NCBI GenBank assembly: GCA_965603825.1
Contig: CBFDEM010000064.1
Coordinates: forward strand, 248,001-312,000
Origin: Blepharisma stoltei ATCC 30299
Lineage: Eukaryota; Protista; Ciliophora
Length of the DNA stretch: 64,000 nt
Direction: 5' to 3'
This document shows, in pieces, positions 25,397 to 37,931 of the stretch. Under the pieces are notes generated by a model. It ran no database searches. It was not told where the DNA came from and saw nothing but the letters and a program-made list of their open reading frames with translations. Position 1 is the stretch's first letter; every line of letters starts with the position of its first letter. Made by a program: the position numbers and the translations under genes.

Positions 25397-25950
25397 GAGC
25401 TATTGTTATAATTGTTATTAGAAAAGATATCGATAAAGAAAATTTCAAAAAAGTAATGGAGGATTTAACGGTCATGTTCTAAATAAAGTGATTGCAATTT
25501 TGAACTTTGGGATTGTATGTAATTCTAGAGATGGGTTCAAATGAATTGAAATGAATTTAAACATTAAATTATATTATATATTCAATAGAAATCATCCTTA
25601 GATTAACAATTGGTATCATCGAGATTAAAAATTTGACTCTTTCAAAAAATTTAAATAGACTAAATACTTTAATATTAGGCTTTTAAAATTTCATTGCATA
25701 AATTCTTCTTAATCCAAATTTTAATGAGTTCACTTAATAATCTTAAAAATAACCTCTTTATCAATTTTATATAAATTTGATTTTTTTGATCTCAGAAGGC
25801 TCCCAGAGCAAATTTCACTCTCAAGTTCAAATAAAATTGCTTATTTTTTTAATATTTCTGTTCTTCTCATAAGGTTTTACTTTTTCTAATTTTAACCATT
25901 TTTGGCCTAACCAGCAACAATTTAATTTAAATATTTTTAAAACTTAACGG

Positions 25951-27960
25951 ATGAATTCAAAAACCACAACGCACCGCGGACCTTTCGAAAATCGTACCAA
26001 CGGTCCCTACCTTATCACAATGACTCCTTCAACTGCTAAACCTCATTACCAAAAGTCAGATTTAGAAAATAACACCAAGCCTTATGAAACTCGCCAACAA
26101 GGCCGTTGGAAAGTCCCATACAAGCCAGCTGAGCCTAAAAAGCAATTAGAAGTTATTGACTGTCCTCTTTCCAAGCAGCAGCTTCGTGATTTCATGAAAC
26201 CTCTAAAAGACCTAGAATCTCAAGGTTTTTATCCCGTTTTCCACGCTGCTTGTGATAAACTAAAAAATTCTCCCCAAACGCTCCATTGGAGAGTCTTCGT
26301 TGAGCTCGCAGATTTAGCCAAAAGAGACAACAAGATCGATGAAGCCCGAGCTTTATTTGCAATGGCCACACAAATACAGCCTTATGCTCACCAAAGCTGA
26401 CTCGAATACAGCAAGCTTGAAGAAGAATGTGGAAGGATTGAGCTTTCTCGCAAATTACTGATTCTCGGGCTCCATTTTTGCCCGTTAAGCGACCAATTAG
26501 CAGTTAAATTTATAAAAACTGAAGAAAAAAATAGCGAGCTTGATGCCGCCAGAATGGTTTTAAGTAGCCTGAAATCTTATCCTTTAGATAAAAACTGGAA
26601 AATTCTTATGGAAGGAGCATTGATGGAAGCCAGATCTGGCAGTATAGAAATAGCAAGGAGCATTTTTAATCATTTAATGGCTCAATGTGGGAATTTCGGA
26701 GCGATATTTTTAGAAGCTGTGAAATTTGAAGAAAGATGGGGCAAAGATATATATTCTGCACTTGATAACTGTGAGAAAGGATTAGCTAGAAATCCAAGGT
26801 ATGGGCCATTGTGGTTTTCATATTTAAGACTGCTAGATAAAATTGAATTTTTACAAAGCCAAGGATCTGCTGCTAGAATTCCAAACCACGAAGTTTCTAG
26901 AAGAAAACTTGATTTGATTGCAAAAGGAGAAGAATCACTTACAAAAGAACTTGTGTGGAAGCTTTATTTAGAATATGCTTTAGGGCTCGAAAGAGCTGGG
27001 AAACTAGAAGATTGCAGAAGATATATGAAAGACGCTGTTGTTAATTGTCCTGACAATTTAAGATGGAAAGCTTGGATGGTAGGCGCCAGAATTGAATTGA
27101 AGGCAGGGAACTATAAAATAGCTATGAATATTCTTAATCAAAGCTTAAATGAAGTCCCTTGTAAACAGAAATCCATTGTGCTTGTTGAAATGAGCAAAGC
27201 TTATGAACTCATACAAAATAAAGAAAAGGCCAGAGAGCTTATGATAGAAGCTTGTGAAAACTCAAAACAAGACTGAAAAGTCCACTTAGAATACATCACA
27301 ATGGAAATGAGGAACTCAGACTTTTCAAGAGCTACACAAATTGCTAAAGACTCCATAGTAAAATATTCTAATACTGGCAGACTATGGTCAGCATTAATAC
27401 AGCTTCAGCATACTGATAGAAAATTAATTGAACAAAAATTACATTTCAAAGGATTTTTATTAGCCTTAAAAGAAGTCCCTAAATCAGGCGAAGTTTGGTG
27501 TGAAGGGGCTAGATTAAGGCTAAATCCATTTACAGAATACTATGACTTAGATTCAGCTGAAGATTATTTAAATTATGCTATACAGTTTACACCTCAATAT
27601 GGAGACTCTTTCATAGAAATGCTGAGAGTTTATATGCTTAAAGGGACATTTGAGAAGATTTCTGAGCTTAAAAGATTATGCATCAATGCAGATCCTAATT
27701 ATGGAATGCTATGGTTCTTTTGCAAGCAGAACCCTCTGGAAGGGCCTGCTGAAGTCTGGAAAAGAGCCAAAAAATTAGTTAAAGAAGAGCTGTGCGCGAT
27801 GAAATTAGCTTATGATCACCCGAAGCCGAGAGAAGAATTGTATATTGATTGTATGTGGAGCGGGCTTACACAAGCCAATTGGACATATTCCAGAAGCGAT
27901 AATTTAGACTTGAATGGAAGATGGAGACTTATATATGGAAGCGAAAATATAACTATTTAA
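25951..27960 (+). CDS. HAT/TPR-repeat protein (Prp6/crooked-neck-like repeats; probably RNA processing), ~669 aa
   Basis: Repeated W-x-x-Y-x-x-L-E HAT units; TGA at 26398 and 27274 fall at the HAT Trp position (HQS-W-LEYSKLE). Confidence 0.8.
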
Positions 27961-28358
27961 TTTTTATTACCTCTGAATTAATTTTTATATATATGCATTT
28001 TTGTAAAATGGGTATTTTAAAGCAATGGGCAAAAATAAAATTCATTTTTATAAATAAATATTGCTTATAAGAATTGCATGAGGTCTTTTGATTAGTTTTA
28101 ATTTGAAAGTTTTTAAATGTTTAGAGTAATTTCTTCAGTAAAAAACCCTTTTAAAATTTTGAGCCTGTAACTGTCATAGAAAACAATAGAAGTTAAAAGC
28201 ACAGTTTAATTCAAATGTAAAGATCAATTGAGCTATAAATTTAATTTCTTTATTTTTATGTTTCTTAATATATTTTCTAAAAAAACTAGCTAATGAGATT
28301 ATCACCTTAAATATGAAGCTCAAAGCAGCTTCTGTTTACTTAACTATAATTACTAAAT

Positions 28359-29651
28359 ATGAAGCCAAATGGTAACTATAGCTTATCTAATTTCACCGAA
28401 ACAGACCTTATAGAAGCTTACATGTTTAGCAAGCCTTCTATATCCTGCAAAATTTTACTTGCCAATCCTAAATTATTCAACAAGACACACGAAAAGGTGA
28501 AAAATATTTAGGTAAACGCTTCAATCTTATTTCGAGCGGTCTTAGAAGAAAACATAAAACTCGTAAATTTTTTACTCTCTAAAGGTGTAAATCCCAATAT
28601 TACTAACAATATAGGAGAAACACCCTTACACCATGCTGCTGATAACTCTTTATTAGAGATTGCTACAAATCTGATACATTATAGCGCGGATCCCAATAGT
28701 GAAACTATTGATGGTGAAACGCCCTTGCATAATGCAGCGTTTAGAGGTGACAAAAATATGGTCGAGTTGTTGCTTTTGTGCAGTTCTGATCCAAATAAGA
28801 AAAATAATTTTCTTGGCAGGACCCCACTTCACTATGCAGCTGAATGCAATTCTGCTGACTGCATTAAATTACTACTAGAAAGCTTTGCTGATAAGTCTAT
28901 CAAAGATAACGATGGAAATAGTCCATATGATTTAGCTTTTAATGCAAAAATAAAAGAGCTACTGGAAATTGACGACAAAATCAAGAAAGAAAATCACACA
29001 AAAATAAATTCGCTAGCTGAGACAGATTTGTCATCAATTATAAAAGAGTCGCCTAATTTAATACCTGATCAGGTAGATGGGTCAGATTCTGAGGAGATGC
29101 AACTCACAACACAAAGTTCGTTAAATAAGCTCTATGATTTTCTTAGCAGGCATAATCTTCAAGAGTATTTTGAAGTACTGCAAAATGCAGGATATGATGA
29201 CTTAGAGCTGATATATCAAAAAACGAGAGGAAATTCACCAATTAATGAGGTCATTCTTGAAAATATAGGGATAGAGAAGGCTGGACATAGAATTAGACTT
29301 ATAATGGCCCTAGAAGAAAACTGCTATAGGAATCAAAAGCTTAATGATGATTACAGAGATAATAAAATGAATGAAGAAATTTGTATTTCAGTCCAAGAGT
29401 GGTTGAATATAATTAAGCTTTCTTTTTTAGCAGAAAATTTCATAAAAGCTGGCTATGATGATATGGGATTCTTGATTAAACAAATGAGGTCTAAATATCA
29501 ATTAGGACATAAAGAACTTGAAAATATCGGAGTCGATAAGTTTGGGTATAGATTGAGGATATTGGGGAAGCTTTATGAAGAATCTGATGTAATGCAAGAG
29601 ACTATAAGGTGTGATGAAAAGGTTTGCAAATCTCGCTGTGCTCTTATGTAA
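28359..29651 (+). CDS. Ankyrin-repeat and tandem SAM-domain protein, ~425 aa
   Basis: GETPLH/GRTPLHYA ankyrin motifs; two SAM units (LENIGIEKAGHRIRL, LENIGVDKFGYRLRI); 15-nt intron 28497-28511. Confidence 0.88.
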
Positions 29652-29692
29652 TTTAATGTCAAATATTTGTTATAGGCCAAAATTATTAGAAA

Positions 29693-30412
29693 TTAAAATG
29701 GTAGATTATTAGCTTTCCTGAACTTTTTCAATTGTTTTTTAAATCCGTTATTAGGATTCACGCCGGGCCTCATTCTTCTTAGGGCTTTTAATGCTGTGTA
29801 TTCGTTATATCCAAATTTTATGATCATATAAGCAATTATTATTGAGGGGCTTCGAGACAAGCCTGCTCTGCAATGAACTAACACATTTCCTCTAGCTTTA
29901 TGGCTTTCATCAATAAAATCTAAAGCTCCCTTTAATTTTTCCAAAAGATTTTCAGAGCCATTATCTTTAATTTCTATAAAATAATATGTTATTAAAGGGA
30001 GCCGTGCACATTCATTTTCATTTTCTAATAATTGAACAACAAAATTTATATTCTTTTCTCTAAGGAGTTTAATATTTTCTGCATCATGGATACTCCCAAG
30101 ATATAAATTTGGGGTTACCTCAGTTATATCAAGTTCAGTGCCAAAATAGGCTCCGCTGCTATTTCATTGAGTGCAATTTCGTTCATTTAGGCATTTTGTA
30201 TTTTCACACTTACTCTTAGTAATATTTAGAAGAGAAGCTTCAATAAGGGTTTTGGATTTTAAATAGTTTCTGAAAAGAGATTGTATTGAAATAATGACAT
30301 GATCTATAAAAATTTTATGTTGATAGCTCTCTGGTGTAAAGCGAGCTATATTATGAACTTCTGGAAAACGAGAATCATTTGAGATCTGATCACCACTGAC
30401 ATTTTTATCCAT
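29693..30412 (-). CDS. Dual-specificity protein phosphatase, ~239 aa
   Basis: EVTPNLYLGS, VLVHCRAGLSRS and PNNGF motifs; TGA=Trp at 30164 joins the ORFs. Confidence 0.9.
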
Positions 30413-30486
30413 TTTAACTTTTGCTTATTTTGGGTTTAGCATAATATGTAAATGCATGGTAATAAGATAAGAATTTTAAAAGAGCT

Positions 30487-32549
30487 TTAGTTAATAGGAT
30501 TAAAGCTTGAAAACCTATAGCTTGTAAGATAATTGCTCATTTTGCCATATAAGTTCGTTGTCAAAGCACTCTTAACGCACTTATTAAACTGTAAGTTTAT
30601 CGGATAAAATTGGACATATGATAAATAATTTATCAGGTTTTGATAATTAACCGAGTCCCACATTTCTTGAGCACAACTGATATATTCTCTCTTATCCGAG
30701 TTACAGTTTTTAATAGCATCACTTTTATGCCAATTCATTACTTGTTTAATTGCAAGTTGCAATGGCTCGTCTCCAGGGAATAGCGGGCAGACTCCTGACT
30801 TTGTTGCGTTTGAGGTGCAAAAGCAGTTTTCAGTTATATTGCTAGGAGAAAAAAAGTCATCATTTGTAGAATTACAGCACCCACCATTTCCATCGCAGCT
30901 TTCAGGAAACTCTGATTGTACCTGCACAGGTTCAGAGCAATAAAAAATACTATCCTCTTGATTTTCCATGCAAGTTCCAAATTCACAAAGTAAATTAACA
31001 TTATTTGAGCATTCGTTTACTTGTGAGTGAACTTCTAAGGAGCCAATAGGAACACACCTTTGAATATTTCCCATGCATAGCGAGCCATACTCACAGTTGA
31101 GTCACTTGTGCAGCGCTCTCCCATTCCTTTAAGTGGCTTACATTCATCGCTTGAACAGTAAAGTCCTGGGTCACATTCAGCACTTTTTTTACATTTAGAG
31201 CCTTTTCCTCCTCCTTGGCAGACACCATTTGCACATGCATAAGTAAAGCACTCGTTACTAAAAGTGCAATTTTGGCCAGGATATTTTATTATTGGTACGC
31301 ATGTAGCATTTTGTAGTGAGACGAAATTGCAAACTGTATTTGAATCTGAGCAAGCTTTCACATAAAAATTCTGATTTCCATCATAAAATACGCACTGATT
31401 ACTAGCAAATACTTGGCTTGCTGTCTTGCATTGGAAAGAAGGACAGAATGGGCCAGTATTTGAATATTGTAAATATTCAGGCATAAGCGTTTGAAGAACA
31501 CACAAAGGAGTATTTTGGACTTGACTATAATACCCTACATTAAGGAAATAATTCATAAACGTAGTAAAATTTTTATTGTCCCATCAATTTGATATGCACG
31601 CAGTATCAAATCTATCCACCGTATTGCACTTGTTTATTTCAGGACTCATTATTCATTTTTGATATTGATTTAAATACTTTAAATATAGTGCATCGCCAGG
31701 AGACAAAGGGCAGTAAGAGATTCCGTTTGAATTTAAGCCACAAGAGCAATACCCCTGTAAGCTGAAAGGTGGATTAAAAAAGGGATCTGAAGTTGACAAG
31801 CAATCACTATTTGACAAGCAAGAGACTGGAGTTGCGGATGCTGATAAAAGCGGAATTGTACACAAATATTGTTGTCCATTAGAAGCGCAGCTAATGCTGG
31901 AGCATAATGAGCTTTGGCCTCCATTACAAAGTCCAACATACTGATGAGGTGGAATCGAAAAATATGACAAACAGCTACCTAGCTGACCGTACGTAGAATT
32001 GCATCCTGCCGTGTTTACACAATCGTAATCACTTCTGCACCCATAGCCACCTATTGGAATTTGCGCAATGCATACGTTATTAGAAGAGCAAGCTAATCCT
32101 GGATTACACTGTAAATGGTATTGGCAATTTGAATTCAAAGATACCCCTAAGCATATGTTGTTGGTGCAGTTTGTGCAATATTGGCTGCAGTCTGCAAGTG
32201 TGTTACACTTTTCACCAGGATTACTTCCAGAAAAATAAGGTGGAATTATACAGGTGTAATTGACAGGATATTGCATATCACAAACGTAGTCACTGTTGCA
32301 CTTTTGTACGTAAAAACTCTCCGTAGACTCATTCTCATAAACGCAAGTGCCTGTTGTAAAGACCATATCATTAGGTTTGCAAAAGTATTTTGGGCATATA
32401 AGTGCTTCATTGCCTCGTGATTGGATATAATTATTTAATGTCATGGGAGATATATCTCTCGGAAATTGTATTTTTTCAACTTTCAAGCTATTTTCTTCAC
32501 CCAAACGAGCGTAGGCGAAGAAAATACAAAGCCAAACCTTTAAAAGCAT
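30487..32549 (-). CDS. Secreted Cys-rich protein with two tandem repeat units; 1-nt frameshift near 31098 (pseudogene or assembly indel)
   Basis: Signal peptide; TGA=Trp joins 31653..32549 to 31035..31556; CTSDS|NCEYGSLCMGNIQRC continues in another frame and matches paralog CENDAECQYGTLCMTEIQRC. Confidence 0.75.
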
Positions 32550-33757
32550 TTTTTATTATGGCTAAAAATGATCAAAAATATCTATACTTATATTATCATA
32601 AGAAATTTAATCCTCAATTATAAATAGCGTTTAGTCATGGTATTCTAATTCACACACTTTGTTAAAAATAAAATTAGGAAGAAACTTATCAAAATTTTTA
32701 TTTGATTAAGGTAAATACAATTTTACATTAGGCAGCTCTGTATTTTCTTTTATTTATTAAAAGGATATCTGTTGAAATGTTAATGTTGATGCATTTATTA
32801 CCTTAAGAAATTGATTATTTTCCTTATAAGCTATTTATAAAACCATTTTTAAGATATTGAAAACTTAAGCTTTAACTCATTTAGCTTTGATTTTAATTAT
32901 TCATTAGTAAAAAATTACTTATTATTAAATAAAACAGGCTGTTCTATCTCAGATTTCATTTAATTTTGATATCATTATTTGTATTTATTAGAACGATGCT
33001 GTTAGCCTAAGCCTTTTAGGCTCCAATAAAAAATTATGCTGCAAAAATACAGCAAAAATGGTCTAATCTTGAAATAAGCGTATCATTTCTCATTGGCTTA
33101 AAGCAAATATTTTATCTTGATTACTTGAGCTAAGATTTTAAATTATTGAATTATGAAATTAAACTCTTTGTAATAATGAAATCAGCTCAATTCCGAACAA
33201 AAATTATTTAAAATTTTCGAAATATAGTTGCTCGGTCATTTTGTGCAAGTAGCCTTAGCAAATTCAGGTGGCTCCTGAAATAGGTGATATAAAATTCAAA
33301 GAAAAAATACAAAAAACCAGAATAATACTAATAAAAACATTGGCTTTGAAATTTATTCTATATTGATTAATTTTTCTTCTTAGGAAAAGATTACCTAAAG
33401 CTCTTTGTGCATAGTGCAACTTTCCAATTCTTATTTATTAATTTTACTGCAATAATTAGCATGGTACTTATGATAAGTATTTAAGGAATTTAAAAGTAGC
33501 CATACTAAATCTAGATAATAGCTTAAGAAAATTTAATCTTTTTAATACTTATTTTGAATTCTTAAAGTCTAATACTTTCAGATGGCAAAAAGAGATTGAT
33601 TTAAAATACTTCAATCATTGCTTATATGCTATTGACCAATTAGCAAAACGGTATTATTAATATTGCTTGGTATCATTAGAAAAATTAAAACTTTATGGCT
33701 ATTTATATTTCAATAAAGCCTTAATAACGACAACTAAGCTTAAAATGGTAAACAGAA

Positions 33758-34081
33758 ATGTCAAGGAAATTTGATGAGCACATTTGTGGATGCTTTACTG
33801 AAATGTGTAGCTGCTTAATCGCATTTTGTATTCCTTTTGGCACTTGTGGACTCCAAGCATATGCTATTAATAAATCAATAGGTGAGGGGTATGTCATTCC
33901 ATTCGTGATCCCAATTTTTGGATGATGCATTGGCTCTGCTATCAATCGTGAGCAAATTAGGAAAAAATACCATATAGAGAGCGATTTCTGTAAGGATTGC
34001 TTGTTTCATACATTCCTTAATCCATGTGCAGCTGCTCAAGAATATCGAGAAGCTGTTAAGGTGGAAGAAAGAAGGGTGTAA
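33758..34081 (+). CDS. PLAC8/cornifelin-family Cys-rich membrane protein, 107 aa (missed by ORF track)
   Basis: ICGCFTEMCSCLIAFCIP...NREQIRKKYHIESDFCKDC...CAAAQEYRE; one TGA=Trp. Confidence 0.88.
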
Positions 34082-34474
34082 TATGACTGAAAACTTAACT
34101 AAAACTGAGATTTATCGAGATTTCATTATAAATTAAGCTATTTATTGTAGACTATGAAAGCTAATTGTCTCAATATATTTTATAATCAATAAAATTCATT
34201 AGTTTTTAATAGAAATGCTATAATGTAATTAATTATTATTAGCTAAGACTTTATCTACAATTATTATTCCATCCGAAGCCTTTTTTATGCATTAACCCAA
34301 GCAAAATCCTAACTCTCCCTTTTAAGAGAATAAGTAAAAACCTTACTCGCTCTTAAGGTAAATCTTTTTATTTTATTTGGATCGCTCTCTTTTCTTTGCC
34401 TATTTCAAGAACTCTTTTTATATGATGACAAGTACAAAGGATCTAAAATCGCTTTAAATTCCTATTTGAAATTA

Positions 34475-35380
34475 ATGCAAATACCTGCCAAATGCTTACA
34501 CGCAAGAAGAAGTCTCACTCTAAAACTTTTATTTATTTCAGTATAGCCGATAATACAGATTACGTCGATAAATGCACAGATAAGATATATTCACAATGCA
34601 ACTTATGTCATTAGCCAATTCTATATGCTCAATAACGCTGAGAAACCCAACGAGAGAATAAGATGGCCAGATGAAATTGAAGAAATACTTCAAACTGTAC
34701 CAAGGCTTATTGCATGCGCAAAAAATGAATTTGTATTGGGGAGCCCAAAATGCTTCATGTGCCTGCAGTGAAGACTAACTGTGTGAACAAAGCTGGATGC
34801 AATATTCAAGTATTACCAAGCCCAAATCCTTCAAATAGATGATATCATATTACTCACTTCAACCAGGAGAAATCGAAAATGCTTTTATAGCAGTAATCTG
34901 CTATGCTCTTCAAGTGTCTGTCAAATTTCAAGTAGGAATTAATTTTTTGTGAAGTCACTGGCATCTGATGACCCAAATTTGCTAAATTCTTGTGGGCCTA
35001 ATTTAATCTGCAAATCAGCATCAGATCTTTGTTTTAGCAAACCCTTACTCTATTAGCTTTCTACGCATACATTAACTAAATGCTAAAGGAATTGCTTATC
35101 CTCCTTTCTTCCCTGAAGATGCTCCATATTTCAAACTTATCTCGCTAGAAAAAAGGGCATGAGACCAGATTTTCATAAATGCCATTCTATGAGAAGATTT
35201 GCTAATCGCTGTAGAGAACAATACTGGGATAAAGAGGATTATAATGCACCGAACGATTATTATGAATATATATATAATTTCCCTGAAATCCAAGCTCTGA
35301 AGACTGTACACTTCAATTATTCCAAAGCGAAAATCTCAGTAAGAGAAAAGATTATAAAAGTGATTTTACTTTTATGTTAG
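34475..35380 (+). pseudogene. Decayed relic of the same Cys-rich secreted family
   Basis: Fragments GIAYPPFFPEDAPYFK and RPDFHKCHSMRRFANRCREQYWD align with GISYCPLSPGDALYLK and SPEINKCNTVDRFDTACISNWWD; multiple stops and frameshifts; boundaries approximate. Confidence 0.65.
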
Positions 35381-35493
35381 AGATACCTTCAGCTTTACTA
35401 GTCTTTTACTATTAATTATTAATTTAACTTCATAATCATCAATGCTATTATTCTTCATCATTGCTTAGATTAAAAAAATTTTCAATAAAATCC

Positions 35494-36813
35494 ATGCTCA
35501 GAAATATGGGCTTACTTATGAGCATATGTTTCTTACTTTCTCGCTCCAAAGTTCTACTTAGCGGTACCTACACATCTTCCAATACTTTTGAAATCGATTA
35601 TACAAATGATATTGCGGCTAGTTACATTTATATTGAACTGCAAAATACCTCTCTAGAAATTCCTTTACTCTCTTCAAAATTCGGAAATTCTCCTAATGTA
35701 GTTTGAAATAGTCCGAATTCAACATGAATTTGTGATGCTGATTATATTGATTGAAATTCATGAATCATGAATAAGACATATGGACATTTACTTATAAAAC
35801 CTCCGAATTTGTCTGCAAGCAAAACGTTATATATAGCTGTAACTTATTATAGTAATTCTGGTGTCCAATATTATTTAAATGTCAGTTCTTATAGTAATAA
35901 ATAATTAGCGACCCCAGTTTGCCCAAATTCATGCTCTCATAATGGAAGCTGCCAATCAGGAAAATGTGTTTGCAATTATGGATATGGGGATGATGACTGC
36001 AGTGTTGCTCTAGCAGACTTGGAATTAGAAACTGCATATGGGATCATCACTATAAACCAATACAAATATATGGAAATAAAAGATGTAGACGGAGATTCTT
36101 TAAAGTGCAAGCTGTTTAAATCAGATAATGGCAATGTAACTGTTTATTTCAAAAATTCAGGGACAGGGATCAGTAGTTTGCCAACTGCGAGGGATTACTC
36201 AGAAATCTGTCAATTGAAGTATGCAATGGATCATGAAACTTGTATTATCTCACTTTCTGAATATGATAGCTCATTATGACTGATTTCTGTGCTCCTACAT
36301 GTAAAAGATTCAAGTGCTATGATTTCAATTGCATGCTCTGCTCAAGGTAATGAGCCACCAGTTTCTGTTTTATTTTGGGTTTTGCTCAGCTTGTCAATCT
36401 TGCTTATTTTGATAGGGATAGCGCTACTTATTATAAGAAAAATAAAATTAAGAAAAAACCAAATAATGCCTTCTTTGGAGCCAAGACCAAGGCAGCCAGA
36501 TCCTAACGAAAGACAAAAACTGCAAGAAAATTACCCTTGCGTTTCTTTTGAAGACCTTAAATTAGTCAATGAAGAAAAATGTAGCATCTGCCAAGAGTCC
36601 TTTATCAGCTCCTCAAAAGTCAGGAAACTAGGATGTCTGCATGTTTTTCATCAATGCTGTATTGATGTTTGGTTTGACACAAGTCCACTATGCCCATTGT
36701 GCAAGAAAGACTACAAAGCATACTTAGACCAATATGAAAGAACTCATACTGATATGGCAGGAATCTCAATAATGAATTTAGACGTGAGCGAACGATCTTG
36801 GCTAACTCAATAA
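35494..36813 (+). CDS. Type I membrane RING-H2 E3 ligase with extracellular EGF-like domain, ~434 aa
   Basis: Signal peptide; CPNSCSHNGSCQSGKCVCNYGYGDDDC; TM helix; CSIC...CLHVFHQCC...W...CPLC; five TGA=Trp; 15-nt intron 35894-35908. Confidence 0.88.
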
Positions 36814-36928
36814 TTTTTGTATTTATATATAAGCCTTATTTTTATAAGAATTAGCCTATTAATACAAATTTTTCTTCTCGAGCTCCATTTCCATATTAAA
36901 ATGTCTAATTGCTAACAATATTCACAAA

Positions 36929-37909
36929 ATGGGCAAAAAGCAGGTGAAAGAAGTAGAGGAAGAAAACTCGTCAGAAGAAGAAAAAGTTCACACTAAAGCA
37001 TCAAAAAAGAAATTAAGCAAGGATAAAAAGAAAAAGAAAGACGAAAGCTCAGAAGAAGAAATAGAAGAAGTTGTCCCGAAAAAGAGCAAAAGAAAATCAT
37101 CAACTGCTTCATATGAAAGTGAAGAATCTCAGCCAAAGAAAAAAGCAAAAAAAGACAAGAAGAAAAAGGATAAAAAGGATAAAAATGATTCCGAGGAAAG
37201 CGAAGAGGAGATTCCAGAAGAAAAGCCGAAGAAAAGCAAAGGAAAGTCAAAGAAATCAAAAGAGCCAGAGTCTGATGAAGAAGATGAGGCTCCAAAAAAG
37301 AGAAAAGCTTCAGATAGCTCAGAGCCAGCTCCAAGTAAAAAGCATAAAAAAGAGGAATCCAAAGCTGATATCGAATCTGATTTCCAGCATAAAGTCATAG
37401 TTTCAAACCTTCCACCAGATTTTACTCAAAAATCCCTTAAAAAGATCTTTAAAAAGTGTGGGGAATTCGCCTTCACAGTCCCACACGAGTCCCAAGGCTT
37501 CGCAGTCGTAAAATTCAAGGACGAATCAGACGTCAAAAAAGCTTTAAAACTAAACAAAGCCCTCTATAAAGAAAAAGAGCTTCTAATCAATACCCCAGAT
37601 CAGCTGCCAGCAATCCAGAAGCGAGTTGAGAAAATTTCAACCATTTTTGTGGGAAATCTTAACCCAACCACCACCTATGAACAAGTTTCCAGCTTCTTCT
37701 CAGGCTGTGGCAAAGTAAAATCTGTCAGGATGTCTACAGATCCTGAAGGGAAAAACAAAGGGTTTTGCCATGTAGATTTCACTAATTCCTTTGCCGCAAA
37801 TCTTTCGCTCAATCTGATTGGGAAAAAACTGAATGGCAAACCTTTGAAAATTGATTTAAGTGCAGATAAAAGAAATAATGAAGCAAAGCCAGCCCAGCCA
37901 AGTACTTAA
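36929..37909 (+). CDS. Nucleolin/Nsr1-like protein: K/E/S-rich N-terminus plus two RRM domains
   Basis: RNP2 IFVGNL and RNP1 KGFCHVDF; alternating acidic and basic tracts. Confidence 0.88.
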   Translation: MGKKQVKEVEEENSSEEEKVHTKASKKKLSKDKKKKKDESSEEEIEEVVPKKSKRKSSTASYESEESQPKKKAKKDKKKKDKKDKNDSEESEEEIPEEKPKKSKGKSKKSKEPESDEEDEAPKKRKASDSSEPAPSKKHKKEESKADIESDFQHKVIVSNLPPDFTQKSLKKIFKKCGEFAFTVPHESQGFAVVKFKDESDVKKALKLNKALYKEKELLINTPDQLPAIQKRVEKISTIFVGNLNPTTTYEQVSSFFSGCGKVKSVRMSTDPEGKNKGFCHVDFTNSFAANLSLNLIGKKLNGKPLKIDLSADKRNNEAKPAQPST

Positions 37910-37931
37910 ATAATTTAGGAAAATAAAATCT

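Noticed and set aside
29693-32549. Cys-rich ectodomain fused to the phosphatase as one receptor phosphatase
   Set aside because: TAA at 30487, no fitting GT-AG intron or TM segment, and the phosphatase has its own ATG at 30412
32560-33750. Long AT-rich spacers (also 2790-3610, 13760-14590, 51200-51890, 53000-53700) as retained IESs or MITEs
   Set aside because: I saw no convincing terminal inverted repeats, and TA boundaries are uninformative at this AT content; a MAC/MIC read comparison would be needed
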